From Actinomycetota bacterium (GTDB lineage Bacteria > Actinomycetota > Acidimicrobiia > IMCC26256 > JACDBD01), in contig JBQTGU010000073.1 of assembly GCA_052390575.1 (NCBI GenBank), positions 9,742 to 73,741 on the forward strand: 64,000 bases of DNA, read 5' to 3'. The notes below the pieces were generated by a model. The model ran no database searches. It worked only from the letters and a program-made list of their open reading frames with translations, and was not told the origin of the DNA. Each line of letters starts with the position of its first letter. Within the stretch, counting starts at the first letter, position 1. The translations under genes were made by a program, and so were the position numbers. Of the stretch, positions 1-9,177 are shown in pieces.

Positions 1-1098
1 CTCGCCCGCGGCAACGTCGGCCGGCCGGGCGCGGGGCTCATGCCGGTGCGGGGCCACTCCGGCGTGCAAGGTGGCGCCGAGATGGGCGCGTACGCCACCG
101 CGCTCCCGGGCGGCGTGCCGGTCGATGCCGCCAACGCCGCCGCGCTCTCGGAGACGTGGGGGTTCGCGGTCCCGAACCGGCCCGGTCTCACCGCCGCCGA
201 GATGATGGAGGCGGCCGGGCGCGGTGACCTCGACGTCCTTTACTCCAGTGGCGGCAACTTCCTCGACGTGCTCCCGGACCCCGACCGCACCCGCGCCGCG
301 CTCGAACGGGTGCCGCTGCGCGTCCACCAGGACATCGTGATCTCGAGCCAGATGCTGGTGGACCCGGGCGAGACGGTCGTGCTGCTCCCGGCGGCGACCC
401 GGTACGAGCAGCGCGACGGGGGCACCGAGACCACGACCGAGCGTCGCATCGCCTACAGCCCCGAGATCGACGGCCACCGCGTCGGCGAGGCCCGCAGCGA
501 ATGGGAGATCTTCGTCGACCTCGCCCGCCGGGTCGACCCCGACCGTGCCCACCTCGTCGACTTCGAGTCGGGCCCGGCCATCCGCGACGAGATTGCGCGG
601 GTGGTCCCCATGTACGCGGGCATCGAGACGCTGACCGAAACCGGCGACGCGGTCCAGTGGGGCGGCGCGCGCTTGTGCGAAGGACCCGACGGCCCCTCGT
701 TCCCCACGCCCGACGGCAAGGCCCGGTTCTCGGTCGTGCGCCCGCCGCCCGGTCCCGACCCCGGCGCCGGGCGTTTCCGGCTCGCGACCCGGCGGGGCAA
801 GCAGTTCAACACCATGGTGTTCAAGGCGAGCGACCCGCTCACCGGCGCGCAGCGGGACTCGCTGCTGATGGCACCCGAGGACGCGACCCGGCTCGACCTC
901 GCAGCCGGCGCGGCCGTGCTCGTGCGCTCGAATCACGGCGAGGTCCGCGCCCGCATCCACCTCGCGGGGCTGCGACCGGGCAACGTGCAGATGCACTTCC
1001 CCGAGGCGAACGCGCTCGTGTCGGCGGGCCCGCGTGACAAGGAGTCGGGCGTCCCCGATTTCAACGCGATCGTCGAGGTCGTGCCCCTCTCCGGATGA
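1..1098 (+). CDS. Molybdopterin oxidoreductase, FdhF/YdeP-like, C-terminal part (5' end outside window)
   Basis: Frame is open from nt 1 (LARGNVGRPGAGLMPVRGHSGVQG...), typical of YdeP/FdhF-type Mo-oxidoreductases. Stop overlaps the next start (ATGA 1095-1098). Confidence 0.8.
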   Translation, partial: LARGNVGRPGAGLMPVRGHSGVQGGAEMGAYATALPGGVPVDAANAAALSETWGFAVPNRPGLTAAEMMEAAGRGDLDVLYSSGGNFLDVLPDPDRTRAALERVPLRVHQDIVISSQMLVDPGETVVLLPAATRYEQRDGGTETTTERRIAYSPEIDGHRVGEARSEWEIFVDLARRVDPDRAHLVDFESGPAIRDEIARVVPMYAGIETLTETGDAVQWGGARLCEGPDGPSFPTPDGKARFSVVRPPPGPDPGAGRFRLATRRGKQFNTMVFKASDPLTGAQRDSLLMAPEDATRLDLAAGAAVLVRSNHGEVRARIHLAGLRPGNVQMHFPEANALVSAGPRDKESGVPDFNAIVEVVPLSG

Positions 1099-2420
1099 CC
1101 TCAGACCTGGCGCGTCGGGCGCAGGTAGTGCTCGACCACAATCGCAGAGGCGACTGGACCTGCCCTTCCGCTGACCTCTACCCGCATCAATGGCTCTGGG
1201 ACTCGTGCTTCATCGCCATCGGCCTCGCCCGCACCGACCCACCGCGCGCCGCTGGTGAGATCCGGGCCCTGTTCCGCGGCCAGTGGGCGAACGGGCTGCT
1301 GCCTAACATGATCTTCGCCGCGGGGCTGCGCGACCTGGGCAGCCGACGGCTCTGGCAGTCCAAGAAGAACCCGGACGCGCCCCGCGACGTCGAGACGTCG
1401 TGCATCACCCAACCGCCGCTTCCGGCATTGGCCGCCGAGCGTGTCGCTCAGGCTCTGCCGGCGCCCGAGCGCGGCGCGTTCCTCACCGAGCTCTTCCCCA
1501 AGCTGCTCGAGTACCACCGCTGGCTCTACCGCGAACGCGACCTCCACCAGCGCGGGTTGGTGACGCTGATCCATCCCTGGGAGTGCGGGCTCGACACGAC
1601 GCCGCCGTGGATGCGGGAGCTTCGACGCATGCCGGCGCCGTGGTGGCTGCGGGTCACGCTGCGCTACCGGCTGACCCGGTTCATTCGGTTCTTTCGCACG
1701 GACACGCGGTTCACGCCCCCGCAGGAGCGCCCGACGGCCGCCGACGGCCTCCGGATGCTCGTGCTCGCCCGCCGGATCAAGCGCCACGACTTCGAACTCC
1801 GGCGCCTGCCACTCGGGGAGTCGTTGCTGATCGAGGACCTGGCGTTCAACGCGTTCCTGGTCGCCGCGAACCAGTCACTCGAGGCGATCGCAGCGGAGTT
1901 GGACCTGGCGATCGAGCCCGATCTCACGGCATCGTTCCGCGCCACCGAGACCGCGCTCGAGGAGCTGTGGGACGAGGAGACCGGTCAGTACTACCCGCGC
2001 AACGCGGTGACCGGCGAGCTGGTCAAACTGCCGACGGTCGCGACGTTCCTGCCCCTGATGGCGGGCGTCCTGTCGGCCGAGCGGACCGCCCGGCTCGTCG
2101 CGCTGCTGCATGATCCCGACCGCTTCTGGACCAAGTACCCGATCCCGAGCGTGCCCACCGACTCGCGCCAGTTCGACGACGACCGCTATTGGAAAGGCCC
2201 GACGTGGATCAACACGAACTGGGCGGTCATCCAGGGCCTGCGCGCGAGCGGCGAACCCGCGCTCGCCGACGAGCTCCGGCGGCGCACGCTCGACCTGGTC
2301 GAGGGAGAAGGGTTCTCCGAGTACTTCTCGGCGCTGAACGGCGTCGGGTTCGGGGCGGACGACTTCTCGTGGACGGCCGCGCTCATCCTCGACCTGCTCG
2401 AGAGCCCGGTCGCCGGGTAG
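1095..2420 (+). CDS. GH63-like (alpha/alpha)6 glycoside hydrolase, glucosylglycerate/mannosylglycerate hydrolase-like
   Basis: 441 aa. N-terminal YPHQWLWDSCFIAIGL and C-terminal WKGPTWINTNW motifs match the GH63/MGH family as I recall it. Confidence 0.7.
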   Translation: MTSDLARRAQVVLDHNRRGDWTCPSADLYPHQWLWDSCFIAIGLARTDPPRAAGEIRALFRGQWANGLLPNMIFAAGLRDLGSRRLWQSKKNPDAPRDVETSCITQPPLPALAAERVAQALPAPERGAFLTELFPKLLEYHRWLYRERDLHQRGLVTLIHPWECGLDTTPPWMRELRRMPAPWWLRVTLRYRLTRFIRFFRTDTRFTPPQERPTAADGLRMLVLARRIKRHDFELRRLPLGESLLIEDLAFNAFLVAANQSLEAIAAELDLAIEPDLTASFRATETALEELWDEETGQYYPRNAVTGELVKLPTVATFLPLMAGVLSAERTARLVALLHDPDRFWTKYPIPSVPTDSRQFDDDRYWKGPTWINTNWAVIQGLRASGEPALADELRRRTLDLVEGEGFSEYFSALNGVGFGADDFSWTAALILDLLESPVAG

Positions 2421-2429
2421 GTCGGATCC

Positions 2430-3680
2430 TCAGGCGGCACCGTGCGCCGGGTCGGTGACCTCGGCTAGCCGGCGGTCGAGGTAGCGGCGCTCGGCGTCGG
2501 TCCCCACGAGCTCCAGCGCCTCGCGGTAGGCCGCGTCCTCGGGCCGCCCGAGGCGGCGGAGCAGGTCGGCACGACACGCCGGGAGCAGGTAGTAGCCGGC
2601 GAGGTCGCCGGATGCTTCCAACGCGTCCACCAGCGCCAGTCCCGCCTCGGGCCCGTCCGCCATCGCCACTGCTACCGCCCGGTTCAGCTCCACGACCGGT
2701 GACGGCGTCATGCGGGCGAGCTCGCGGTAGAGGGCGACGATCTCGGCCCAGTCGGTCGCGGCTGCGTCAGGCGCGGTCGCATGGCAGGCGGCGATCGCGG
2801 CCTGCACCTGGTAGGGACCCGGCTTCCCCTGCCGGAGGGCAGCGTCGAGCACGCCGACCGCCTCGTCGATGACCTCACGGTCCCAGCGAGCGCGGTCCTG
2901 TTCCTCCAGCGGCACCAGGTCGCCGGCGGCATCGACCCGCCCGGCGCGGCGGGCGTCGTGGAGCAGCATCAACGCGAGCAGGCCGAGGGCCTCGGGCTCG
3001 TCCGGCATCAGCTGCGTGAGCGTGCGCGCCAGCCGGATGGCCTCGGTGCACAGGCTCTGGCGCACGAGGTCGGCGCCCGCGGTGGCGGCGTAGCCCTCGT
3101 TGAACAGCAGGTACAGCACCGCCAGCACCGCGCCGGTCCGCTCCGGGAGCAGGTGCGCCGGCGGCACGCGGTAGGGGATGCCGGCGTTGCGGATCTTGCC
3201 CTTGGCCCGCACGAGTCGCTGCGCCATCGTGGGCTCGGCGACGAGGAACGCCCGGGCGATCTCGGTGGTCGTGAGGCCGGCGAGGGTTCGAAGCGTGAGC
3301 GCGACCTGGGCGTCGACCGAGAGCGCGGGGTGACAGCAGGTGAAGATCAAACGCAGCCGGTCGTCCTCGACACCGCTCTCGTCGACCCTCACCGGTTCGT
3401 CCGGCGGCGACAGCACCGCCGCTTCCTCCAGCTTCGTCTTCCCGGTCTTGTTGCGACGCAGCCGGTCCAGGGCGCGGTTGCGCGCCGTCGTCGTGAGCCA
3501 GGCGCCGGGACTGCGCGGGATGCCGTCGCGGGGCCACCGTTCCAGCGCCCGGGCGAAGGCATCCTGCGCGCACTCCTCGGCCAGGTCCCAGTCATTGGTC
3601 GTCCGGATGAGGGTCGCGACGACGCGTCCCCATTCTTCGCGGAACGCGCCGGCGACCGCCGCCTCGACGTCGGGCGTCAC
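2430..3680 (-). CDS. ECF sigma factor with long C-terminal TPR-like extension (ECF42-type)
   Basis: 416 aa. Sigma region 2/4 lies in the first ~190 aa, followed by a ~220 aa helical extension. It sits immediately downstream of a DGPF/YCII gene with an ATGA overlap. Confidence 0.85.
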   Translation of the reverse strand: MTPDVEAAVAGAFREEWGRVVATLIRTTNDWDLAEECAQDAFARALERWPRDGIPRSPGAWLTTTARNRALDRLRRNKTGKTKLEEAAVLSPPDEPVRVDESGVEDDRLRLIFTCCHPALSVDAQVALTLRTLAGLTTTEIARAFLVAEPTMAQRLVRAKGKIRNAGIPYRVPPAHLLPERTGAVLAVLYLLFNEGYAATAGADLVRQSLCTEAIRLARTLTQLMPDEPEALGLLALMLLHDARRAGRVDAAGDLVPLEEQDRARWDREVIDEAVGVLDAALRQGKPGPYQVQAAIAACHATAPDAAATDWAEIVALYRELARMTPSPVVELNRAVAVAMADGPEAGLALVDALEASGDLAGYYLLPACRADLLRRLGRPEDAAYREALELVGTDAERRYLDRRLAEVTDPAHGAA

Positions 3681-4024
3681 ATCTCCCAGATCGGCCTCAC
3701 CTCGATCGCGCCGATCCGTGCGGCGGGGATCTTCGACGCGACCTCGATCGCCTCGTCGAGATCCTTGCAGTCGACGATGAAGTAGCCGCCCATCTGCTCC
3801 TTGGTCTCGGCGAAGGGGCCGTCGGTGGTCACGACCTCGCCGTCCTCGACTCGCACCGTGGTCGCCTCGTTCGTGAACCGGAGGCGCTCGCCGCCCTGGA
3901 GCACACCCCGGCGCCCCATCTCCTCGGTGAACTTGCCGTATTCACCCAGCACCGCCGACGCCTCGTCCGGGCTCAGCGCCTGAACGGTGGCCTCCTCGGT
4001 GCAGATCATCAGCAGGTATCGCAT
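3677..4024 (-). CDS. YCII-related / DGPF domain protein (paralogue 1)
   Basis: 115 aa with a DGPFAETKE motif. GAGGAGGA RBS upstream. Ends in IEVRPIWEM, as does its paralogue. Confidence 0.85.
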   Translation of the reverse strand: MRYLLMICTEEATVQALSPDEASAVLGEYGKFTEEMGRRGVLQGGERLRFTNEATTVRVEDGEVVTTDGPFAETKEQMGGYFIVDCKDLDEAIEVASKIPAARIGAIEVRPIWEM

Positions 4025-4054
4025 GAATCCTCCTCGTCGTGGGTCAGTTCACCA

Positions 4055-4085
4055 CTACGACGAACGGAGCCGGGCCCGATCGACA
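4055..4085 (-). promoter_or_regulatory. ECF42-type promoter candidate (TGTCGA-N17-CGTCGT)
   Basis: Minus strand reads CCTGTCGATCGGGCCCGGCTCCGTTCGTCGTAG about 30 nt upstream of ATG 4024. A near-identical motif lies at 5356-5386. Confidence 0.5.
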
Positions 4086-4091
4086 GGCCGC

Positions 4092-4988
4092 TCAGCCGGT
4101 GAGCTCGGGGAGCCGGTGATGCTGACCCGTCCGCGCCGACATGACCGTTTCGGGAACCCGCAGCCGGTCGTCGGTCTCGTAGAGCTTGCGCACCCGGTCG
4201 AGGTCACCCACCACCGTGACCAAGGCGAGCTCGTCGACGAAGGCAACCGCGGCGCCGTCGGCCTCGTCGAACTCCTCGTCGAGCAGGCCCCACGAATCCC
4301 AGGGCAGGAGCTCGACCTTGTTGAGGGCGGCGAGGTCGCGGACGACGTCTCCCCGCACGAACCACAGTCCGCGAAGGTCCATGATCCCGAACTGTTCGGG
4401 GTCGGCCTCACCGGCGCGGCAACGCTCCCAAGCGTCGCCGCCGGTCACGAACCGTCCCGGCGGCAGGTCACAGGGGTCGAAGTCGATGGGGAAGTTGGCC
4501 CGTTGGATGTCGTCCAGTTGCGCGTCGAGTTGGACCCAGCGGCCGCGGCTGTTGTTCCAATGCTCGACGACCCAGTGGTCGACGAACTCGCCGGGCTCGA
4601 AGTACGTGCCGAAGCCACAGCGCGCCCGTGCCGGAACGCCGATGCGGCGCAGCAACGCGCAGGTGAGCGTGGTGTACGTGCGGCAGTTCCCGATCATCCG
4701 CCGCTCGACCGGTCGGGCCTCCGCGAGCGGCCGGTCGTCGTGGCCGAGGATCCGCTCGACGATCGCGGCTGCGGAACGGGTCTCGACCTCGCCGGCGCGC
4801 TCGGGCGGCGGCTGCCAGCCGTAGAGCCACTCGGCCATGAACTCGTGGACGATCAGCCCTTGCACGACCGGGGCGAGGGCGGCGGGGTCGTCGGGCAACC
4901 CGTCGAGCGCGGCCGCGGGCACGGCCGAGAGGTCGGTCATCGGCCCCGGCGTCGACCAGAACCTCAGTTCCTCGGCTACATCTCCCAT
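4092..4988 (-). CDS. Transglutaminase-like cysteine protease-fold protein
   Basis: 298 aa. Candidate catalytic Cys (GNCRTYT) and His (DHWVVEHW) context. Confidence 0.7.
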   Translation of the reverse strand: MGDVAEELRFWSTPGPMTDLSAVPAAALDGLPDDPAALAPVVQGLIVHEFMAEWLYGWQPPPERAGEVETRSAAAIVERILGHDDRPLAEARPVERRMIGNCRTYTTLTCALLRRIGVPARARCGFGTYFEPGEFVDHWVVEHWNNSRGRWVQLDAQLDDIQRANFPIDFDPCDLPPGRFVTGGDAWERCRAGEADPEQFGIMDLRGLWFVRGDVVRDLAALNKVELLPWDSWGLLDEEFDEADGAAVAFVDELALVTVVGDLDRVRKLYETDDRLRVPETVMSARTGQHHRLPELTG

Positions 4989-5314
4989 ATCGGCCTCACC
5001 TCGATCGCCCCGTACCGGGCGGCGGGGTGCTTCGCCGCCAGCTCGATGGCCTCGTCGAGATCCTTGCAGTCGATGATGTTGAACCCGCCGACCAGCTCCT
5101 TGGTCTCGGCGAAGGGCCCGTCCGACGTCACGACGTCGTCGTCACGTACCCGCACGGTCGTGGCGTCGCTGCTGGGCCGCAGGCGCTCTCCGCCCTGCAT
5201 GACGCCGCGCCGCTCGAGCTCGTCCACCCATCCCATGAACCCGGCGTCCGCCCTGATCTCGGCCGGGCTGGGCGAGTAGGTCTCGTCGGTGCAGATCATC
5301 AGCATGTACCGCAT
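4976..5314 (-). CDS. YCII-related / DGPF domain protein (paralogue 2)
   Basis: 112 aa with DGPFAETKE and C-terminal IEVRPIWEM. Overlaps the downstream gene start by 13 nt. Confidence 0.85.
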   Translation of the reverse strand: MRYMLMICTDETYSPSPAEIRADAGFMGWVDELERRGVMQGGERLRPSSDATTVRVRDDDVVTSDGPFAETKELVGGFNIIDCKDLDEAIELAAKHPAARYGAIEVRPIWEM

Positions 5315-5355
5315 GGCTCTCCTCGTCGTTGGCAGGGTTGTCGTGCCAATTACCC

Positions 5356-5386
5356 CTACGACGAAGGGGAACCCGCCCGATCGACA
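5356..5386 (-). promoter_or_regulatory. ECF42-type promoter candidate (TGTCGA-N17-CGTCGT), second copy
   Basis: Minus strand reads CCTGTCGATCGGGCGGGTTCCCCTTCGTCGTAG. Spacing is the same as in the copy at 4055-4085. Confidence 0.5.
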
Positions 5387-5389
5387 GGC

Positions 5390-6607
5390 TCAGGAACCGG
5401 CCTCGAAGCGCAGGGGGAGGGCGACGGGCCCACCGATGCCGACGGCCGGCTTCCACTCCACTTCGGAAGGATGGCAGTCGAGGTCGAATCCGGGCATCCG
5501 GTCGAGGATCCGGTCGAGCGCCTCCTGGAGCTCGGCCCGGGCCAGCGACGCGCCGATGCAGAAATGGGGGCCGCCGCCGAAGCTGTGGACCGGCTGCGCG
5601 TGCTCCCGGGTGACGTCGAAGCGATCCGGTTCCGGGTACACGCTCGGATCGCGGTTGGCGGCGAGGAACGTGGGCAGGAGCACCGTCCCCTGCGGGAACC
5701 GGACTCCGTCGAGCTCGACGTCGGTGAGGGTCTCGCGCATTGTCCCGGGGACGACCGGCCGGTACCGGAGGATCTCTTCTACCGCGCTGGGCAGCAGTGA
5801 TCGGTCGCCGAGAAGCAGCTGGAGCTGGTCGCGCCGCGTCGCCAGCTCGAAGATCGCGCCGGCGAGCTCGTTGCGGGTCGTGTCGGTCCCCGCGGTGATG
5901 ATGTTGTCGGCCAGGGTGGCGATGTCCTCGTCGGAGAGGCGCGCGCCCTCGACGTCGACCGCGATCAGGTCCGAGACGAGATCGTCTCTCGGGTCGTCCC
6001 GCTTGCGCGCGACGACCTCTCGCATGGCGGTGTCGAGCTCCTGTTGCGCCTGCCAGATCCGCGCTCGGTTCTCGGGGTCGAGCTGGAACGAGCTGAAGAG
6101 CACCTCGACCCAGTCCGACACCTCCGGCCAGCGCGCCGTGTCGACCCCCAGGAGCGCGCAGATCATCTGTGGGGGGTAGGGGTACGCGACCTCGGACACG
6201 AACTCGCAGGTGCCGCGGGCGCAGACGGGGTCGAGGAGCGCGTCGAGAAGCTCGCGCATCGCCGGTCGGACCCGCTCGGCGGTACGGGGCGTGAACGCCC
6301 GGCTCACGAGCTTGCGGAACTGGGTGTGGGAGTCGCCGTGGCGGTGCAGCAGGTTGCGGCGGGAGCGCTCGAGCATGGTCGCCGACAGCTCGCTCTCGCC
6401 CAGGAGCGCTACGGAGGCGAACTTGAGGTCGGGGTGGCGGAGCACGGCGTGGACCGCGTCGTACGTGAGCACGAGGTACCCGATTTGGGTGCGGGCGAGC
6501 CAGTGCCGGGCGCGCGCCTGGTGCAGCAACGGGTGGGGATCGGTCAGGAACTCGGCGGCGAAGAGATCGATCTCGGGGAGGTCGAGGGTGTCGACGTCGA
6601 CGGGCAT
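5390..6607 (-). CDS. Cytochrome P450
   Basis: 405 aa. Heme-binding loop FGGGPHFCIGASLA and I-helix AGTDTT. Confidence 0.9.
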   Translation of the reverse strand: MPVDVDTLDLPEIDLFAAEFLTDPHPLLHQARARHWLARTQIGYLVLTYDAVHAVLRHPDLKFASVALLGESELSATMLERSRRNLLHRHGDSHTQFRKLVSRAFTPRTAERVRPAMRELLDALLDPVCARGTCEFVSEVAYPYPPQMICALLGVDTARWPEVSDWVEVLFSSFQLDPENRARIWQAQQELDTAMREVVARKRDDPRDDLVSDLIAVDVEGARLSDEDIATLADNIITAGTDTTRNELAGAIFELATRRDQLQLLLGDRSLLPSAVEEILRYRPVVPGTMRETLTDVELDGVRFPQGTVLLPTFLAANRDPSVYPEPDRFDVTREHAQPVHSFGGGPHFCIGASLARAELQEALDRILDRMPGFDLDCHPSEVEWKPAVGIGGPVALPLRFEAGS

Positions 6608-6621
6608 GCCGCAATGTTGCT

Positions 6622-7266
6622 TCAGCCGACCTCGGTGCCGCAGGTGATGTTGATCGAGGTGGCGGTGATGGTGCGGGCGTGATCGGACGCGGCGAAGGCC
6701 GCCACGTTCCCCACGTCTTCGAGCGTCGCCGCCCGGCCCAGCATCGTCCGCCGCACGGTGTCTTCGGTGATCGCCTCGCGCTCGGCGAAGTCCTCGGGGA
6801 TCACCTCGGGCACGCCCGCCGTCTGCAGGGTGACGACGCGGACGCCGTGCGGTCCGAGCTCGGAGGCCAACTGCCGGCAGAGGGATTCGATTGCCTGGAG
6901 GCCGACCTGCAGGCCTCCGAGGAAGAACCCCCGCATCGGATCGCCGGAGCCGCCGAACGACAGGATCACGCCCGAACCCTGCTTGATCATGTGGCGCGCC
7001 GCCGCCCGGGAGGTCAGGAACATGGTCCGCAGGCCGTTCACGACCGGCTGTTCGAAGTCCGCGAGCGCCATCTCGGCCAGCGGGGTTCCCTGCAGGTCCC
7101 CGTGGTTGATCACGTTGAATGAGATGTCGAACTTTCCGGCCTGGGCGGCCACCGCGTCGGCGTGTTCGTCGACGGCCCGCTCGTCGAGCGCATCCACCAG
7201 CCCGGTCTCGGCGACCCCGCCGCCTCCGTAGATCACGGCGGTCTTGTGCTCGAGCAGCATCTCCAT
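6622..7266 (-). CDS. SDR-family oxidoreductase, apparently carrying an in-frame deletion of the dinucleotide-binding N-terminal segment
   Basis: 214 aa starting MEMLLEHKTAVIYGGGG, then directly VAETGLVDALDE. The expected ~35 aa (alpha1-beta2) after the Gly-rich loop are missing. The start overlaps the upstream stop (TGATG). Confidence 0.65.
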   Translation of the reverse strand: MEMLLEHKTAVIYGGGGVAETGLVDALDERAVDEHADAVAAQAGKFDISFNVINHGDLQGTPLAEMALADFEQPVVNGLRTMFLTSRAAARHMIKQGSGVILSFGGSGDPMRGFFLGGLQVGLQAIESLCRQLASELGPHGVRVVTLQTAGVPEVIPEDFAEREAITEDTVRRTMLGRAATLEDVGNVAAFAASDHARTITATSINITCGTEVG

Positions 7267-8270
7267 CACTCCTTGCGGGCGCGGCTGGGCGCGACCCGGG
7301 GCGGCTCGTCGGGCTGCTTGGGGTATTGCGGTGGCCAGGGCGCGTCCATGAGGCCGTTGGCGCGGTCGCGCTCGTGCAGGGCGAGCAGCGGCTCGAGCGA
7401 CTGCGGATTGTCGTTCATCTCGGCCCACGGATCGCCGCCGGACTCGATCCGGGCGGGGAGGGTGGCGATCGTCAGGTCGTCGGGATGGATCTCCTCGAGC
7501 TCGTCCCATCGCAGCGGCGTCGAGACCTGGGCGCCGGCGCGAGATCGCACCGACCACGCGCCGAACACGTTCTTGTGGGGCGCGTTCTGGTTGAAGTCGA
7601 CGAACACCCGCTCGCCCCGTTCTTCCTTCCACCACGCCGCGGTGATGAGGTCGGGGTGACGCCGCTCGAGCTCGCGGGCGGCCGCGACCGCCGCCGACCG
7701 CACCTGGTACGAGTCCCACCGCGGTTCGAGCCGCACGTACACGTGGACGCCGCGGTTCCCGGTGGTCTTCGGGTACCCGACGATCCCGAGCTCGTCCAGG
7801 AACGCACGCACCGCGGCCGCGGTGGCGCGCACGTGGGTGAAGTCGGTCCCGGGCTGGGGGTCGAGGTCGAGGCGGAGCTCGTCGGCGTGGTCGGCGTCGT
7901 CGGCGAGGTAGGGCCACACGTGGAAGCCCAGGCACCCGATGTTGACCGCCCAGACGACGTGGGCGAGATCGGCGGCGACGAGGGCCTTCGACGTCGTGCC
8001 GTTGGGCGTGCTGACGATCGTGGTCTCCAGCCAGTCGGGTGCGCTCTTGGGCACGCGCTTCTGGAAGAACGACGGTCCGTCGGCGCCCTCGGGAAACCGC
8101 TGCATAAGCGTCGGCCGGCCGCCCATCGTGCGCATCAGCGGCTCGGCGAAGCGGCGATAGTGGTTGACGAGGTCGAGCTTCGTCTCCCCGTGCTCGGAGA
8201 AGAACACCTTGTCGGGGTGGCTGACTGCGACCTCGTGCCCCTCGATCTCGAGCACATGCTCATCCGCCAT
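7266..8270 (-). CDS. Stand-alone LigD-type NHEJ polymerase/primase domain (PolDom)
   Basis: 334 aa. Carries HPDKVFF, TKLDLVNHY, LRLDLDP, GNRGVHVYV and FVDFNQN motifs. An alternative start lies at 8300. Confidence 0.85.
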   Translation of the reverse strand: MADEHVLEIEGHEVAVSHPDKVFFSEHGETKLDLVNHYRRFAEPLMRTMGGRPTLMQRFPEGADGPSFFQKRVPKSAPDWLETTIVSTPNGTTSKALVAADLAHVVWAVNIGCLGFHVWPYLADDADHADELRLDLDPQPGTDFTHVRATAAAVRAFLDELGIVGYPKTTGNRGVHVYVRLEPRWDSYQVRSAAVAAARELERRHPDLITAAWWKEERGERVFVDFNQNAPHKNVFGAWSVRSRAGAQVSTPLRWDELEEIHPDDLTIATLPARIESGGDPWAEMNDNPQSLEPLLALHERDRANGLMDAPWPPQYPKQPDEPPRVAPSRARKE

Positions 8271-8342
8271 CGTCAGCACCGTAGCGGCACGCGAAGCCAT
8301 ACTCTGCGCCGATGAGCACCCCTGACGAAACGGAGCACGAGG

Positions 8343-8624
8343 ATGGTTGCTGGTCATCTTGAGTTCGAGAACGACCTCGCGGTGGTCGTCGTCGACGGTG
8401 GCGTGCTCGAGCTGTTCCGTAAATTGAGCGGGGCGAGCGAACGCTGGCTTGTCCGGCTGCTCGAGGTCGATGCCGAGACCGGCAAGAAGGGCCACGTCGA
8501 GGTCGGGTGGCACCGCTCGAGCCAGCGCGAGGAAGGCACCCTCACGTTCCCACCCGAACGCGCCGCAGAGGGAAACGAGCTCGTCGACGCCCTGGTCGAG
8601 GCGGGCGCGACCCGCAAAGGGTGA
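8343..8624 (+). CDS. Hypothetical small protein (weak call)
   Basis: 93-aa ORF with high GC3 and GGAG/GAGG upstream. The antisense frame is equally GC3-rich and I recognise no family. Confidence 0.3.
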   Translation: MVAGHLEFENDLAVVVVDGGVLELFRKLSGASERWLVRLLEVDAETGKKGHVEVGWHRSSQREEGTLTFPPERAAEGNELVDALVEAGATRKG

Positions 8625-8647
8625 TCGATTGAGGACGGAGTAGCGGG

Positions 8648-9088
8648 TCAGTCGGCGTCGAGGATGTAGCGGGGGCCGGGCCCGCGCCGGGCGGCTTCGT
8701 CGCCGGGGTTGAGGAGGCGACAGGCCTGCATCGACAGGCAGCCGCAGCCGATGCAGCCGGTGAGCCGGTCGCGGAGGCGCTCGAGCATGGCGATCTGGGC
8801 ATCCAGGCGGGGGCGCCACGAGGTGGACAGGCGCTCCCAGTCCTTCTTGGTCGGAGTGCGGTTCTGGGGGAGCGACGAGAGAGCGGCGCGGATCTCGTCG
8901 AGGCTCAGGCCCACCTGCTGGGCAATGCGGATGAAGGAGACCCGCCGCAGGATGTCGCGGGGGTAGCGGCGCTGGCCCCCGTCGGTCCGGGTGGCGTGGA
9001 TGAGCCCCTCGGCTTCGTAGAAGCGCAGGGCGGAGTGGGCCACGCCCGTCCGTTCGCTCAGCGCGCCGATGGTGAGCTCGGCCTCCAT
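8648..9088 (-). CDS. soxR: Redox-sensitive MerR-family regulator SoxR
   Basis: 146 aa from MEAELTIGALSERTGV (HTH). C-terminal CIGCGCLSMQAC is the [2Fe-2S] cysteine cluster. Confidence 0.9.
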   Translation of the reverse strand: MEAELTIGALSERTGVAHSALRFYEAEGLIHATRTDGGQRRYPRDILRRVSFIRIAQQVGLSLDEIRAALSSLPQNRTPTKKDWERLSTSWRPRLDAQIAMLERLRDRLTGCIGCGCLSMQACRLLNPGDEAARRGPGPRYILDAD

Positions 9089-9114
9089 GTGACGAATGGT
9101 ACATGCGGTGGACC

Positions 9115-9145
9115 TTGACCTCAAGTGAGGTTGAGGGATTACGGT
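9115..9145 (+). promoter_or_regulatory. SoxR box inside a 19-bp-spacer promoter
   Basis: TTGACC (9115-9120) is followed by a 19-nt spacer carrying the inverted repeat CCTCAA-N6-TTGAGG (9119-9136), then TACGGT (9140-9145). Divergent from soxR. Confidence 0.7.
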
Positions 9146-9177
9146 CAAAGGGTGTCATCACAAGAAAGGGACCGACC

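Noticed and set aside
6622-7935. A 437-aa ORF read as a single protein.
   Set aside because: Only the last 214 aa are SDR-like. The N-terminal half is an Arg/Pro-rich alternative frame of the PolDom gene. The internal ATG 7266 is coupled to the PolDom stop.
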